The notes under the pieces: generated by a model | What the model saw: only the letters and a program-made list of their open reading frames with translations | Databases searched by the model: none | Told to the model about the DNA's origin: nothing | Made by a program: the position numbers and the translations under genes | Part shown: positions 57,194 through 64,000 of the stretch, in pieces | Layout: each line of letters opens with the position of its first letter | Position numbering within the stretch: the stretch's first letter is position 1 | Assembly (NCBI GenBank): GCA_012519745.1 | Contig: JAAYPO010000011.1 | Location: 21,541-85,540, forward strand | Length of the DNA stretch: 64,000 bases | Direction of reading: 5' to 3' | From: Clostridiaceae bacterium | GTDB lineage: Bacteria > Bacillota > Clostridia > Acetivibrionales > DTU013

Positions 57194-57222
57194 GCTGTAT
57201 GCGAGACATACGGCTTTTTTTT
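57194..57222 (+). terminator. Orphan intrinsic terminator in the ymaF-capA intergenic region
   Basis: GCTGTATG cgaga CATACGGC stem (8 bp, one G-U) followed by T8. A promoter-like TTGATT...(TA)n lies 20-50 bp upstream. Confidence 0.6.
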
Positions 57223-57347
57223 GATTTGAAATGCTCCCATGCGCTTTTGGCATTGGCATTGGATTGTCATAATGGATGACAGATTACATAATTAGTGCTA
57301 TTATATTTTTCGTAAGCAATATCCTTGATGATTTCAGGAGACACATT

Positions 57348-58577
57348 ATGAAGCTTGTTAAAACACTTACTATTATTGCAGCAATAATATTGGTTGGTGT
57401 AATATCGGCCATACTGTTCATATCCAACACCGATGCATACAAGGACAGGCAGGCATTTGGAGAAACCCAGCCAGATGGTTCTCTCACCGATGGCACCGAT
57501 GAGGAGGGCGGACCGGATGATGATTTACAGCCGAATGACGATCAGCAGGACGCTTCCGAAGCATTGGTCCAGGATGAGGAGCCTGTCGTTGAACCGGAAC
57601 TGCCTGAACTGCGTTTTATAGCCGTTGGAGATATAATGCTCGGCAGAGGTGTCGCCTATTGGATAGAGAAAAAACGCAGCTATGAAGAGGCATTTGAAAA
57701 AGTAAAGCCGGATCTGAGTATCGGAGATGTTGTATTTGGCAATCTTGAGAGTCCATTGACATCGAGCACCAAGGGTCTGAACCCAAACGGAAAGATCGTA
57801 CTGAGGGCAAAACCGGAAGCCATAACGGCATTGACATCCGCAGGGTTCAACCTGCTGAGTCTATCAAATAATCATATACTGGATCATTATGAAAAGGGCT
57901 TGTTCGACACAATGGAGCTGTTGGATCAAAACGGCATCGTACACGCCGGAGGAGGAAGGAATCTCCAGGAGGCAAGGAAGCTTGCAGTCATTGAAAGAAA
58001 CGGTCTCAAGATCGGTCTGCTGGCATACACGGATATGGCTGAGATTACCTTTGCCGGAGACCCGTACCTTTCATTTGCAGCGGGTCCTGAGAAATCAGGA
58101 GTGGTGCCGAGAAAGTATGAAACCATCAGGGAGGATGTGCTAAAGGCCAGAGATCAGGTGGATCTGCTGGCGGTATCACTGCACTGGGGAATAGAGGAGA
58201 GCTTTAGGATACCCCCCGAACAGGTGCAGTTTGCACATGACCTGATCGATGATGGAGTGGATATCATACTGGGGCACCATCCTCATCAGTTCCAGGGTAT
58301 CGAGATATACAAAGGGAAGCCGATCCTCTATAGTATGGGTAACTTTATGTTCGACCAGAATGAGCATGAGAATATGGAGTCATTTATTGTGGATATGAAA
58401 TACAAGGGTACTGAGCTGACAGCATTGACGGCGATCCCGGTACGCATACTGGAAAAATCCTATGTGGAGATACAGACCGGCACCAATGCGTCGGCAATAT
58501 TGGAAAGGCAGCTGTCCCTTAGTGCAAAGCTCGGTACTGAGCCCAAGATAAGAGATGACATTCTGGTGTACAAATAA
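57348..58577 (+). CDS. CapA-family protein (PGA_cap metallophosphatase-like)
   Basis: Signal/TM anchor plus motifs GDIMLGR, SLSNNHILD, SLHWGIE and GHHPHQFQGIE. ATG at 57348 after AGGAGA. Confidence 0.82.
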   Translation: MKLVKTLTIIAAIILVGVISAILFISNTDAYKDRQAFGETQPDGSLTDGTDEEGGPDDDLQPNDDQQDASEALVQDEEPVVEPELPELRFIAVGDIMLGRGVAYWIEKKRSYEEAFEKVKPDLSIGDVVFGNLESPLTSSTKGLNPNGKIVLRAKPEAITALTSAGFNLLSLSNNHILDHYEKGLFDTMELLDQNGIVHAGGGRNLQEARKLAVIERNGLKIGLLAYTDMAEITFAGDPYLSFAAGPEKSGVVPRKYETIREDVLKARDQVDLLAVSLHWGIEESFRIPPEQVQFAHDLIDDGVDIILGHHPHQFQGIEIYKGKPILYSMGNFMFDQNEHENMESFIVDMKYKGTELTALTAIPVRILEKSYVEIQTGTNASAILERQLSLSAKLGTEPKIRDDILVYK

Positions 58578-58599
58578 TTCATAAGCAAAGGAGAAACAG

Positions 58600-58842
58600 A
58601 TGAGGATAATCAAATGCCTGATTTGCGGCAGGAATACTTCGGTACACAGTATAAATGCACAAAAAAAGCTAAGAGGAAAGATAATCACATTGACCAATGC
58701 TCCTGTATATTACTGCAGCGCCTGCAAGGAGACCTTCCTCTCAAAGGAGACCCAGGATGTATTCAGGTATATCCAGGACAGAAGCCTTGAGTATAAATAT
58801 ATATTGTTCGATTATGATGATATGTCAAAGAAGCTTTATTAG
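58600..58842 (+). CDS. YgiT/YokU-type zinc-ribbon protein (80 aa)
   Basis: CxxC...CxxC (CLICG...CSACK) and a strong RBS (AAAGGAGAA). Confidence 0.55.
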   Translation: MRIIKCLICGRNTSVHSINAQKKLRGKIITLTNAPVYYCSACKETFLSKETQDVFRYIQDRSLEYKYILFDYDDMSKKLY

Positions 58843-59411
58843 CCGCGTTCAGGGGTCCTGTCAGGCAGTGCTTTCCTTATTGCAGGCAGTATAGATGCGC
58901 CTGCAATTGCTATTATGATGTATAGTAATATGTCCTTGATAATATATGGAAGGTTGGCTGCAAGGACAAACAATAGATTTGCATGTTCATTTCCCAGATA
59001 TACCCGCATTATCAGCAGCATATATGCAATACCTAGAATATATATCACAGCCAGGCCGGGCATCAGCGACTTGAGATTGTTTGCCGCGGATGGCTTTTTC
59101 ATTACAGAGGATATCTTCCCTATAACGGCTGCCCCTGCAATGAAACCGAGGATAAATCCAAAGCTGACATCGAACACATAGGTGATGCCTCCGCCGTTGG
59201 CAAAGACGGGTACTCCTGTCAGTCCAAGCAGGGTGTACACTGCCATGGAAATGGCCCCAAGCCTTGGACCGAGCACCATACCTGCAAGGGCACATATAAA
59301 TGGCTGAAGTGTGACCGGCAGCAGGGGAAAGGGTATCCTGACAAATGCACCTGCGGCCATAAGTGCTGTAAAAAGCGCCGTAAGTATCAATTCCTTTGAC
59401 GTAAGCTTCAT
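58839..59411 (-). CDS. bioY: Biotin transporter BioY
   Basis: 190-aa 6-TM protein with the BioY block FVRIPFPLLPVTLQPF. A BirA-type operator lies upstream. Confidence 0.88.
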   Translation of the reverse strand: MKLTSKELILTALFTALMAAGAFVRIPFPLLPVTLQPFICALAGMVLGPRLGAISMAVYTLLGLTGVPVFANGGGITYVFDVSFGFILGFIAGAAVIGKISSVMKKPSAANNLKSLMPGLAVIYILGIAYMLLIMRVYLGNEHANLLFVLAANLPYIIKDILLYIIIAIAGASILPAIRKALPDRTPERG

Positions 59412-59481
59412 GCGTTGATCCTTTCATGCCTGTGGCTATACAAGTTTTCTACACCATTAAGGATAACCAGAAAAATGTTAT

Positions 59482-59513
59482 TTGTCAACCAATATTTTAG
59501 ATATGGTTGACAA
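59482..59513. promoter_or_regulatory. BirA (biotin repressor) operator upstream of bioY
   Basis: Perfect 9-bp inverted repeat TTGTCAACC-N14-GGTTGACAA. It overlaps a minus-strand TTGACA-N17-TATCCT promoter. Confidence 0.7.
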
Positions 59514-59597
59514 TGGTGACGGCTAAATATCATGCAGATTTTTATTGAACAGTTTTTTATGTTGGTGTATATTGGTATTGTTCAGATAATAACAAAT

Positions 59598-59672
59598 GGG
59601 GCTGTAACTCAGAGGGAGAGTGTCACATTCGCATTGTGAAGGCCGTGGGTTCAAATCCCATCAGCTCCACCA
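59598..59672 (+). tRNA. tRNA-Ala (anticodon CGC), CCA encoded
   Basis: Hand-folded cloverleaf with acceptor GGGGCTG/CAGCTCC carrying the G3:U70 Ala identity pair. Anticodon loop is TT-CGC-AT and the T-loop is TTCAAAT. Confidence 0.9.
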
Positions 59673-59675
59673 AAC

Positions 59676-59710
59676 ATTGACCGAAGCATTGATACAGTGC
59701 TTCGGTCAAT
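59676..59710 (+). terminator. Strong hairpin after the tRNA gene
   Basis: 13-bp perfect stem ATTGACCGAAGCA / TGCTTCGGTCAAT. The T tail is weak. Confidence 0.55.
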
Positions 59711-59755
59711 ACTTTAATTATTCGTATTAAAAAAGCCTGTAATACAAGGGATTTG

Positions 59756-59859
59756 CCCCGTAGGGGTATTCAAATTTCTTTGTATTGCTGGCTTTTTCTG
59801 CGTTATGGGGCTTCTCCAGCACTTCCGGCGCATGGGGCGATTTGAATACCCCCTTGAGG
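59756..59859. repeat. Inverted pair of the TTGAATACCCC(T)NCGG(R)G motif; a third, direct copy lies at 62936-62955
   Basis: 59756-59775 is the reverse complement of TTTGAATACCCCTACGGGG. 59841-59859 reads TTTGAATACCCCCTTGAGG. 62936-62955 reads CTTGAATACCCCTGCGGAGG. Both rightward copies are followed by GGAAAAAT(G/A)AAA. Confidence 0.7.
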
Positions 59860-60069
59860 AAAAATGAAATAGTACTATGAAAAATAACGGAGTTCAAGGA
59901 AAAATAAAATTGTATGATTCGCTCTGCCCAAACACGTTGTCAAGAAGCGTTAGTTGGGCTATTCTGCTTTCTTCGCCGAATTAACTGCATGAGTATTTCA
60001 GTGATTTCAATCCAGAGGGTCAAGTATCGCGCAGGTTGATATTTTCAACCTTGATCAACTTTGAATCCA

Positions 60070-60098
60070 TTGACACTTTTCTTCTCAAAGAATAATAT
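60070..60098 (+). promoter_or_regulatory. Candidate sigma-A promoter of the XRE-CPBP pair
   Basis: TTGACA-N17-TAATAT, 20 nt upstream of the ATG at 60118. Confidence 0.55.
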
Positions 60099-60117
60099 TG
60101 GTTCAGAGGTGATCGAT

Positions 60118-61242
60118 ATGAAAGAGATCAATATCGCGAAAGTACTTGTACGCAAGCGAAAGGAAAAAGGCATTACGCAGGATGAACTGGCCAACTACAT
60201 CGGCGTTTCCAAGGCATCCGTTTCCAAATGGGAGACGGGTCAGAGCTATCCGGACGTCACTTTCCTGCCGATGCTCGCGTCCTATTTCAACATCAGCGTG
60301 GATGAGCTGATCGACTACAAGCCACAGATGACGAGTGGGGATATCCGGAAACTGTACCAGCGCTTCGCCGCCGAATTCACGGAAAAGCCGTTCGATACGG
60401 TGCTTGCCGAGTGCCGGGAAACGGTAAAGAAGTATTATTCGTGCTTCCCGCTTCTGCTTCAGATGGGGATCCTGCTCGTAAACCATATCGAACTGGCGCG
60501 GGACGCGGAGAAATCGGCTGCGCTCATCGCAGAGGCAAAGGCGCTTTTCGTCCGGGTCAAAGAGGAAAGCGGCGATATGGCTCTCATTAAGCAGGCGGTT
60601 TTTATGGAGGCCTTCTGCGCGCTTGCCTCCGGCGACCCGAATTCGGTGCTTGACCTGCTGGACGGCAGCGTCACGGGCGCGCTGCCGCCGGAGTCGCTGC
60701 TGGCATCCGCCTACCAGATGAAGGGCAATATCCGGGATGCGAAGGGCGTTCTGCAGATCGGCATCTATCAGAATCTGGTCGTCCTGTTCAATTTTCTTCC
60801 CGCGTATCTCATGCTGTGCGCGGACGACGCTGGGAAATATGACGAGACGCTCAGGCGCGCGCTCACCGTTGCGGAGGCGTTCGACATGAAGAACCTGCAC
60901 CCCGGTGTTATCATCGGAACATATCTGACCGCCGCGCAGGGCTATATGGCGCAGGGAAACAGGGACAGGGCGCTTGATATGCTGCAGCAGTATACCGAAA
61001 TCGTCACGGGCGATATTTACCCCCTGCGTCTGCACAACGACGCGTTTTTCGACCTGCTGGAAGACTGGCTCGATAAGATCGATATCGGGACGGACCTGCC
61101 GCGCGACAATAAGACGATCCGGAAAAGCATGGCGGAGGTCGTAGCCCGGAATCCGGTGTTCGCGGCGCTTTCCGGTGAACCGCGCTATCAGAGCATCACG
61201 GAGAAGCTGGGAAATATAGAGGAGGAGAATCGCAATGTCTGA
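60118..61242 (+). CDS. XRE-family HTH regulator with a ~300-aa helical (TPR-like) C-terminal domain
   Basis: Cro/C1 HTH ITQDELANYIGVSKASVSKWETGQSYPDVTFLPMLASYFNISVDELI. The ATG follows GAGGTG. G+C is markedly above the flanks. Confidence 0.8.
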   Translation: MKEINIAKVLVRKRKEKGITQDELANYIGVSKASVSKWETGQSYPDVTFLPMLASYFNISVDELIDYKPQMTSGDIRKLYQRFAAEFTEKPFDTVLAECRETVKKYYSCFPLLLQMGILLVNHIELARDAEKSAALIAEAKALFVRVKEESGDMALIKQAVFMEAFCALASGDPNSVLDLLDGSVTGALPPESLLASAYQMKGNIRDAKGVLQIGIYQNLVVLFNFLPAYLMLCADDAGKYDETLRRALTVAEAFDMKNLHPGVIIGTYLTAAQGYMAQGNRDRALDMLQQYTEIVTGDIYPLRLHNDAFFDLLEDWLDKIDIGTDLPRDNKTIRKSMAEVVARNPVFAALSGEPRYQSITEKLGNIEEENRNV

Positions 61243-62143
61243 GAAAATCCTGGTGAAAAAGAGAATTATCTTATTTACCCTGCTCGCAGCCGCAATCGCC
61301 TGGATCATCTTTACGATGATACCAGTCACCGGCTCTGAATACGGAAGTGGAATTTCGGTCATCTTTCTCGCGGCGGGCATGTTCGCGCCCGCGATCGCCA
61401 GCCTGCTTACGCGGCTCATCACCAAAGAGGGATTCAGGAACATGTACTTGCGTCCACATTTCAAGGGACATATCCGCCACTATGTGCTGATCTGGTTCGC
61501 TCCGGCGGTTTTGTTGCTTCTGAGCATGGCCGTCTACTTCCTGATCTTCCCTGGGCAGTTCGACCCGGACCTGACCATTTTGCAGCAAGCCGCGGCATCC
61601 GGAAATGCCGGAGGGCTTACCGCAGGCATGCTGCTTCTCATTTCCGCTCTGCAGATCGTCGTCATTGGCCCGATCGTTAATATCATCCCGACGATGGGCG
61701 AGGAGCTCGGCTGGAGAGGGTACCTGCTCCCCAAGCTGCGCACTCTGATGTCGGACCGGAAAGCGCTTGTCCTCACCGGTGTCATCTGGGGTCTTTGGCA
61801 CGCGCCGGTCATAGTGATGGGGCACAACTACGGGACCGCGTATTGGGGCTATCCGTGGCTCGGCATTCTGACGATGGTTTTCTTCTGCGTCGTTCTGGGC
61901 ATCGTCGAGGGCTATGCAACCATCAAGCTCGACAGCGCCATCCCCGCGGCCATGATCCACTCAACCGTCAACGCCGGCGCGGCCTTCCCGATCTATATGG
62001 TGAATGCCGGCTATAACCCGATTCTCGGCCCGACGATAGCCGGTTTCCTCGGCGGCATCCCGTTCGTTATCGTGGCTGTGGTGCTGCTTGTACGGATTGG
62101 AAAAACGCGGACATTAAGCGCGGAATTTGCGGAAATGGTGTAA
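61235..62143 (+). CDS. CPBP (CAAX/Abi) family intramembrane metalloprotease
   Basis: Polytopic, with motifs EELGWRGYL (EExxxR), WGLWH (FxxxH-type) and HSTVN (HxxxN). 8-nt overlap with the regulator gene. Confidence 0.82.
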   Translation: MSEKILVKKRIILFTLLAAAIAWIIFTMIPVTGSEYGSGISVIFLAAGMFAPAIASLLTRLITKEGFRNMYLRPHFKGHIRHYVLIWFAPAVLLLLSMAVYFLIFPGQFDPDLTILQQAAASGNAGGLTAGMLLLISALQIVVIGPIVNIIPTMGEELGWRGYLLPKLRTLMSDRKALVLTGVIWGLWHAPVIVMGHNYGTAYWGYPWLGILTMVFFCVVLGIVEGYATIKLDSAIPAAMIHSTVNAGAAFPIYMVNAGYNPILGPTIAGFLGGIPFVIVAVVLLVRIGKTRTLSAEFAEMV

Positions 62144-62396
62144 GAATTAAATTAGCTGTAGTATAATTAACCTAAAACAGAGCTGGAATCATGGCAAATA
62201 GAAACATTTCGGCTCTACTTTGGGCACTTTCGATGATATTGCGTAAATATGTTTACAATGCTGGTAACTAGGGATACGCGAGCGCAAGTAGTGACAGATG
62301 TACTTTCATGTATAATCACATTTTTTGCCTCCACACATTTTTAGCTTGTAGTTTAGAATAGCCTGTAAGCTATGCATTAAACCAGGAGGCAAGGAT

Positions 62397-62822
62397 ATGG
62401 ATATAAATTCTTACGAAACACTCAAGGTCGTTGAAACCATGCGGGAATACGGGGCACCTTACAGCGCCATCTCCGTAGCCACGGGGTTGCCGGAGAGTAA
62501 ACTTAAAGCATATTGCCGGAGAGAAGACATAGGTGTCTGCTGGATATCGGTCTATTTGAGCATCATCCGGCGGGAAGACACGGGCAGAGTGTTTGCCCCG
62601 GAAACTCTGCTCGAAGGAGACACGATGCGATTCTGCCGTGAAAGGAATCGTGCCTTTTGGCGGGACGCGGAAAAGCTCAGGTGCATTCCGAAAATGGCAG
62701 AGACGATTCTGGAGCCTTGTGAAAACCGCACGGGACCCATCACCTGCGTATTCGATCTGCGGCGCTACGGAGCCGACAGAGAGCGGTTTTTGCACCGAGT
62801 GGCAGAGGTTTACGGAAAATAG
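62397..62822 (+). CDS. Small HTH-type protein of mobile-element flavour, possibly decayed
   Basis: Excellent RBS (AGGAGG-N8-ATG) and an N-terminal HTH-like segment (MREYGAPYSAISVATGLPESKLKAYCRRE). The rest is Arg-rich, and two alternative frames are also open, so it may be a decaying gene. Confidence 0.4.
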   Translation: MDINSYETLKVVETMREYGAPYSAISVATGLPESKLKAYCRREDIGVCWISVYLSIIRREDTGRVFAPETLLEGDTMRFCRERNRAFWRDAEKLRCIPKMAETILEPCENRTGPITCVFDLRRYGADRERFLHRVAEVYGK

Positions 62823-63002
62823 CCCAATCAACTGCCTTGGAACTATTATATCACCGACCAGTCAGAAAAAGGTAGTGAAGAATTGTAAACAACAGAAGTT
62901 CCTGTAAATACTGTGCTTTCGAGAATTTTAATACCCTTGAATACCCCTGCGGAGGAAAAATAAAAGTGTATCTTTGAAATAGCCCCAACTCGTCATATAA
63001 GG

Positions 63003-63036
63003 ACGCCAGTGTTGATACATTGCTGGCGTTTTTATT
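63003..63036 (+). terminator. Rho-independent terminator at the right edge of the GC-rich islet
   Basis: ACGCCAG...CTGGCGT stem followed by TTTTATTT. Confidence 0.7.
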
Positions 63037-63305
63037 TGTATGATGGGCTTAACATTGAAGCGAATTGGTTCCAATGAGGGATAGTATACTCCATCTATCT
63101 GAGATCCTGCAAAAGCTTTCCTTTGAGATAAATCATAAAATATTTTTGTTATTTCGACATTGTTTATTCAAATTTCTGAATATTCTCGATTTTTCTCAAA
63201 TTTATGTTTACTGGTATTGTTTAGGCAATAAAAACATGGTATGCTAAAAACGTTTGATGTGGTACATATTATAATTACATAAACTTAAAAGAAAGTTGAT
63301 GAATA

Positions 63306-64000
63306 ATGACTATTACATTGACGGATTTTCTAAGTAAGTTTTTTACAAACCCCGCACTGATGATAACCGTTCTGCTGACGCTGGGTGTGGTTATGGTAAA
63401 TGGCTGGACTGATGCGCCAAATGCAATAGCCACGTGTATTTCGACACGTTCCATGAGTCCGCGTCCTGCCATCATAATGGCTGCGATTTTTGACTTTCTC
63501 GGTGTTTTCGTTATGACCCTGATAAATACGAAGGTTGCCCAGACCATATACAAAATGGTGGATTTCGGCGGTGATTCACATGAAGCGCTTGTTGCTCTGT
63601 GCGCAGCCCTTGTTGCCATTGTGATATGGGCGACATCTGCCTGGTGGTTCGGTATCCCAACCAGTGAAAGCCATGCGCTGATAGCAGGAATTTCCGGTGC
63701 GGCGATCGCACTGCAGGGCGGGATAGGTGGTATAAACCCCAGTGAATGGGTGAAGGTCATATACGGACTGATCCTCTCAGTGCTGATGGGCTTCTTTGGG
63801 GGCATGATCGTGGTAAAGCTTGTGGAATTCATATTCAAGGGCTTTAACAGAAGGAAGACCTATTCCACCTTTAAATACGCTCAGATTGCCGGTGCCGCAG
63901 GCATGGCATTTATGCATGGAGCGCAGGACGGACAGAAGTTCATGGGTGTGTTTATGCTTGGCTTGTTTCTGTCACAGGGCCAATCAAATGTTACCGATTT
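63306..64000 (+). CDS. Inorganic phosphate transporter, PiT family; 3' end outside the window
   Basis: Not in the ORF track because no stop is reached. The translation MTITLTDFLSKFF...NGWTDAPNAIAT...GIPTSESHALIAG...GAQDGQKFMG carries the PHO4/PiT signatures. The listed minus-strand ORF 63275-63838 is its antisense shadow. Confidence 0.85.
   Translation, partial: MTITLTDFLSKFFTNPALMITVLLTLGVVMVNGWTDAPNAIATCISTRSMSPRPAIIMAAIFDFLGVFVMTLINTKVAQTIYKMVDFGGDSHEALVALCAALVAIVIWATSAWWFGIPTSESHALIAGISGAAIALQGGIGGINPSEWVKVIYGLILSVLMGFFGGMIVVKLVEFIFKGFNRRKTYSTFKYAQIAGAAGMAFMHGAQDGQKFMGVFMLGLFLSQGQSNVTD

Noticed and set aside
60103-61464. 453-aa minus-strand ORF, the longest ORF in the islet region.
   Set aside because: It lies antisense to the XRE regulator and CPBP genes, both of which have clear family motifs. 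It is Arg/Pro/Gly-rich with no motif and no RBS. This is a typical ghost ORF produced by high G+C.
61271-61960. 229-aa minus-strand ORF inside the CPBP gene.
   Set aside because: Same reasoning. It is the antisense shadow of a GC-rich gene with the intact CPBP motifs on the plus strand.
59598-63100. Integrative element with att sites formed by duplication of the tRNA-Ala 3' end.
   Set aside because: I searched by eye for a second copy of the tRNA 3' segment (GGTTCAAATCCCATCAGCTCCACCA) near the right border and found none. No integrase or recombinase gene is present, so I describe it only as a compositional islet.
63065-63247. 60-aa plus-strand ORF upstream of the PiT gene.
   Set aside because: It sits in AT-rich intergenic DNA and has a TTG start without an RBS. 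Its Phe/Leu/Ile-rich translation is typical of random AT-rich sequence.
63275-63838. 187-aa minus-strand ORF listed in the track.
   Set aside because: The plus strand here encodes an unmistakable PiT phosphate transporter (NGWTDAPNAIAT, GIPTSESHALIAG). That gene is missing from the track only because it runs off the window without a stop.

Overview
The window looks like a chromosomal segment from a moderate-GC, apparently spore-forming Firmicute, judging by Clostridia-like gene content. Spot counts of single 60-nt lines gave about 43-48% G+C in ordinary coding DNA. Most of it is housekeeping. (1) 1-16.3 kb holds an M16 peptidase, lgt, a small Spo0E-like ORF, a SEDS protein and a division/cell-wall (dcw) cluster: mraZ-rsmH-ftsL-PBP-murE-murF-mraY-ftsW/spoVE. 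The cluster ends abnormally in a murA gene cut off just after its catalytic Cys. An ECF sigma / zinc anti-sigma pair and a short RHS/YD-repeat relic follow it. (2) 16.8-30 kb holds polA, coaE, an SLT lytic transglycosylase, a GGDEF cyclase, a DAHP synthase with a T-box leader (minus strand), cheW, ychF and a two-component system next to an HtrA protease. (3) 30-41.5 kb is the least characterised part. It holds a PdaB-like deacetylase, a short Mur-ligase-like protein with a degenerate P-loop, a tandem-OB SSB-like protein and a 136-aa P-loop ATPase. It also holds a lipoprotein, a fused membrane/spermidine-synthase protein, a GC-rich orphan gene and a tightly packed ABC-transporter / MA-clan metallopeptidase-like / RR / HK operon. 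(4) 41.7-59.4 kb holds pta-ackA, yceD-rpmF, a DUF512 radical-SAM protein, der-plsY-gpsA, apgM, tcdA, a four-subunit 2-oxoacid:ferredoxin oxidoreductase, YmaF, CapA and bioY with a BirA operator. (5) 59.6-63 kb holds tRNA-Ala(CGC) followed by a clearly GC-richer islet, bracketed by short related repeats. The islet carries an XRE-HTH regulator with a long helical C-terminal domain, a CPBP/Abi intramembrane protease and a small HTH protein. A PiT phosphate transporter then runs off the window end. I saw no CRISPR array, rRNA gene, transposase, integrase or recognisable defence system. The candidates for something new are the tRNA-linked islet, the Mur-like/SSB-like/mini-ATPase neighbourhood, the ABC/peptidase/TCS operon, the rearranged murA locus and a 23-bp inverted-repeat element after gpsA. 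All functional calls rest on motif recognition by eye. No database search was run.
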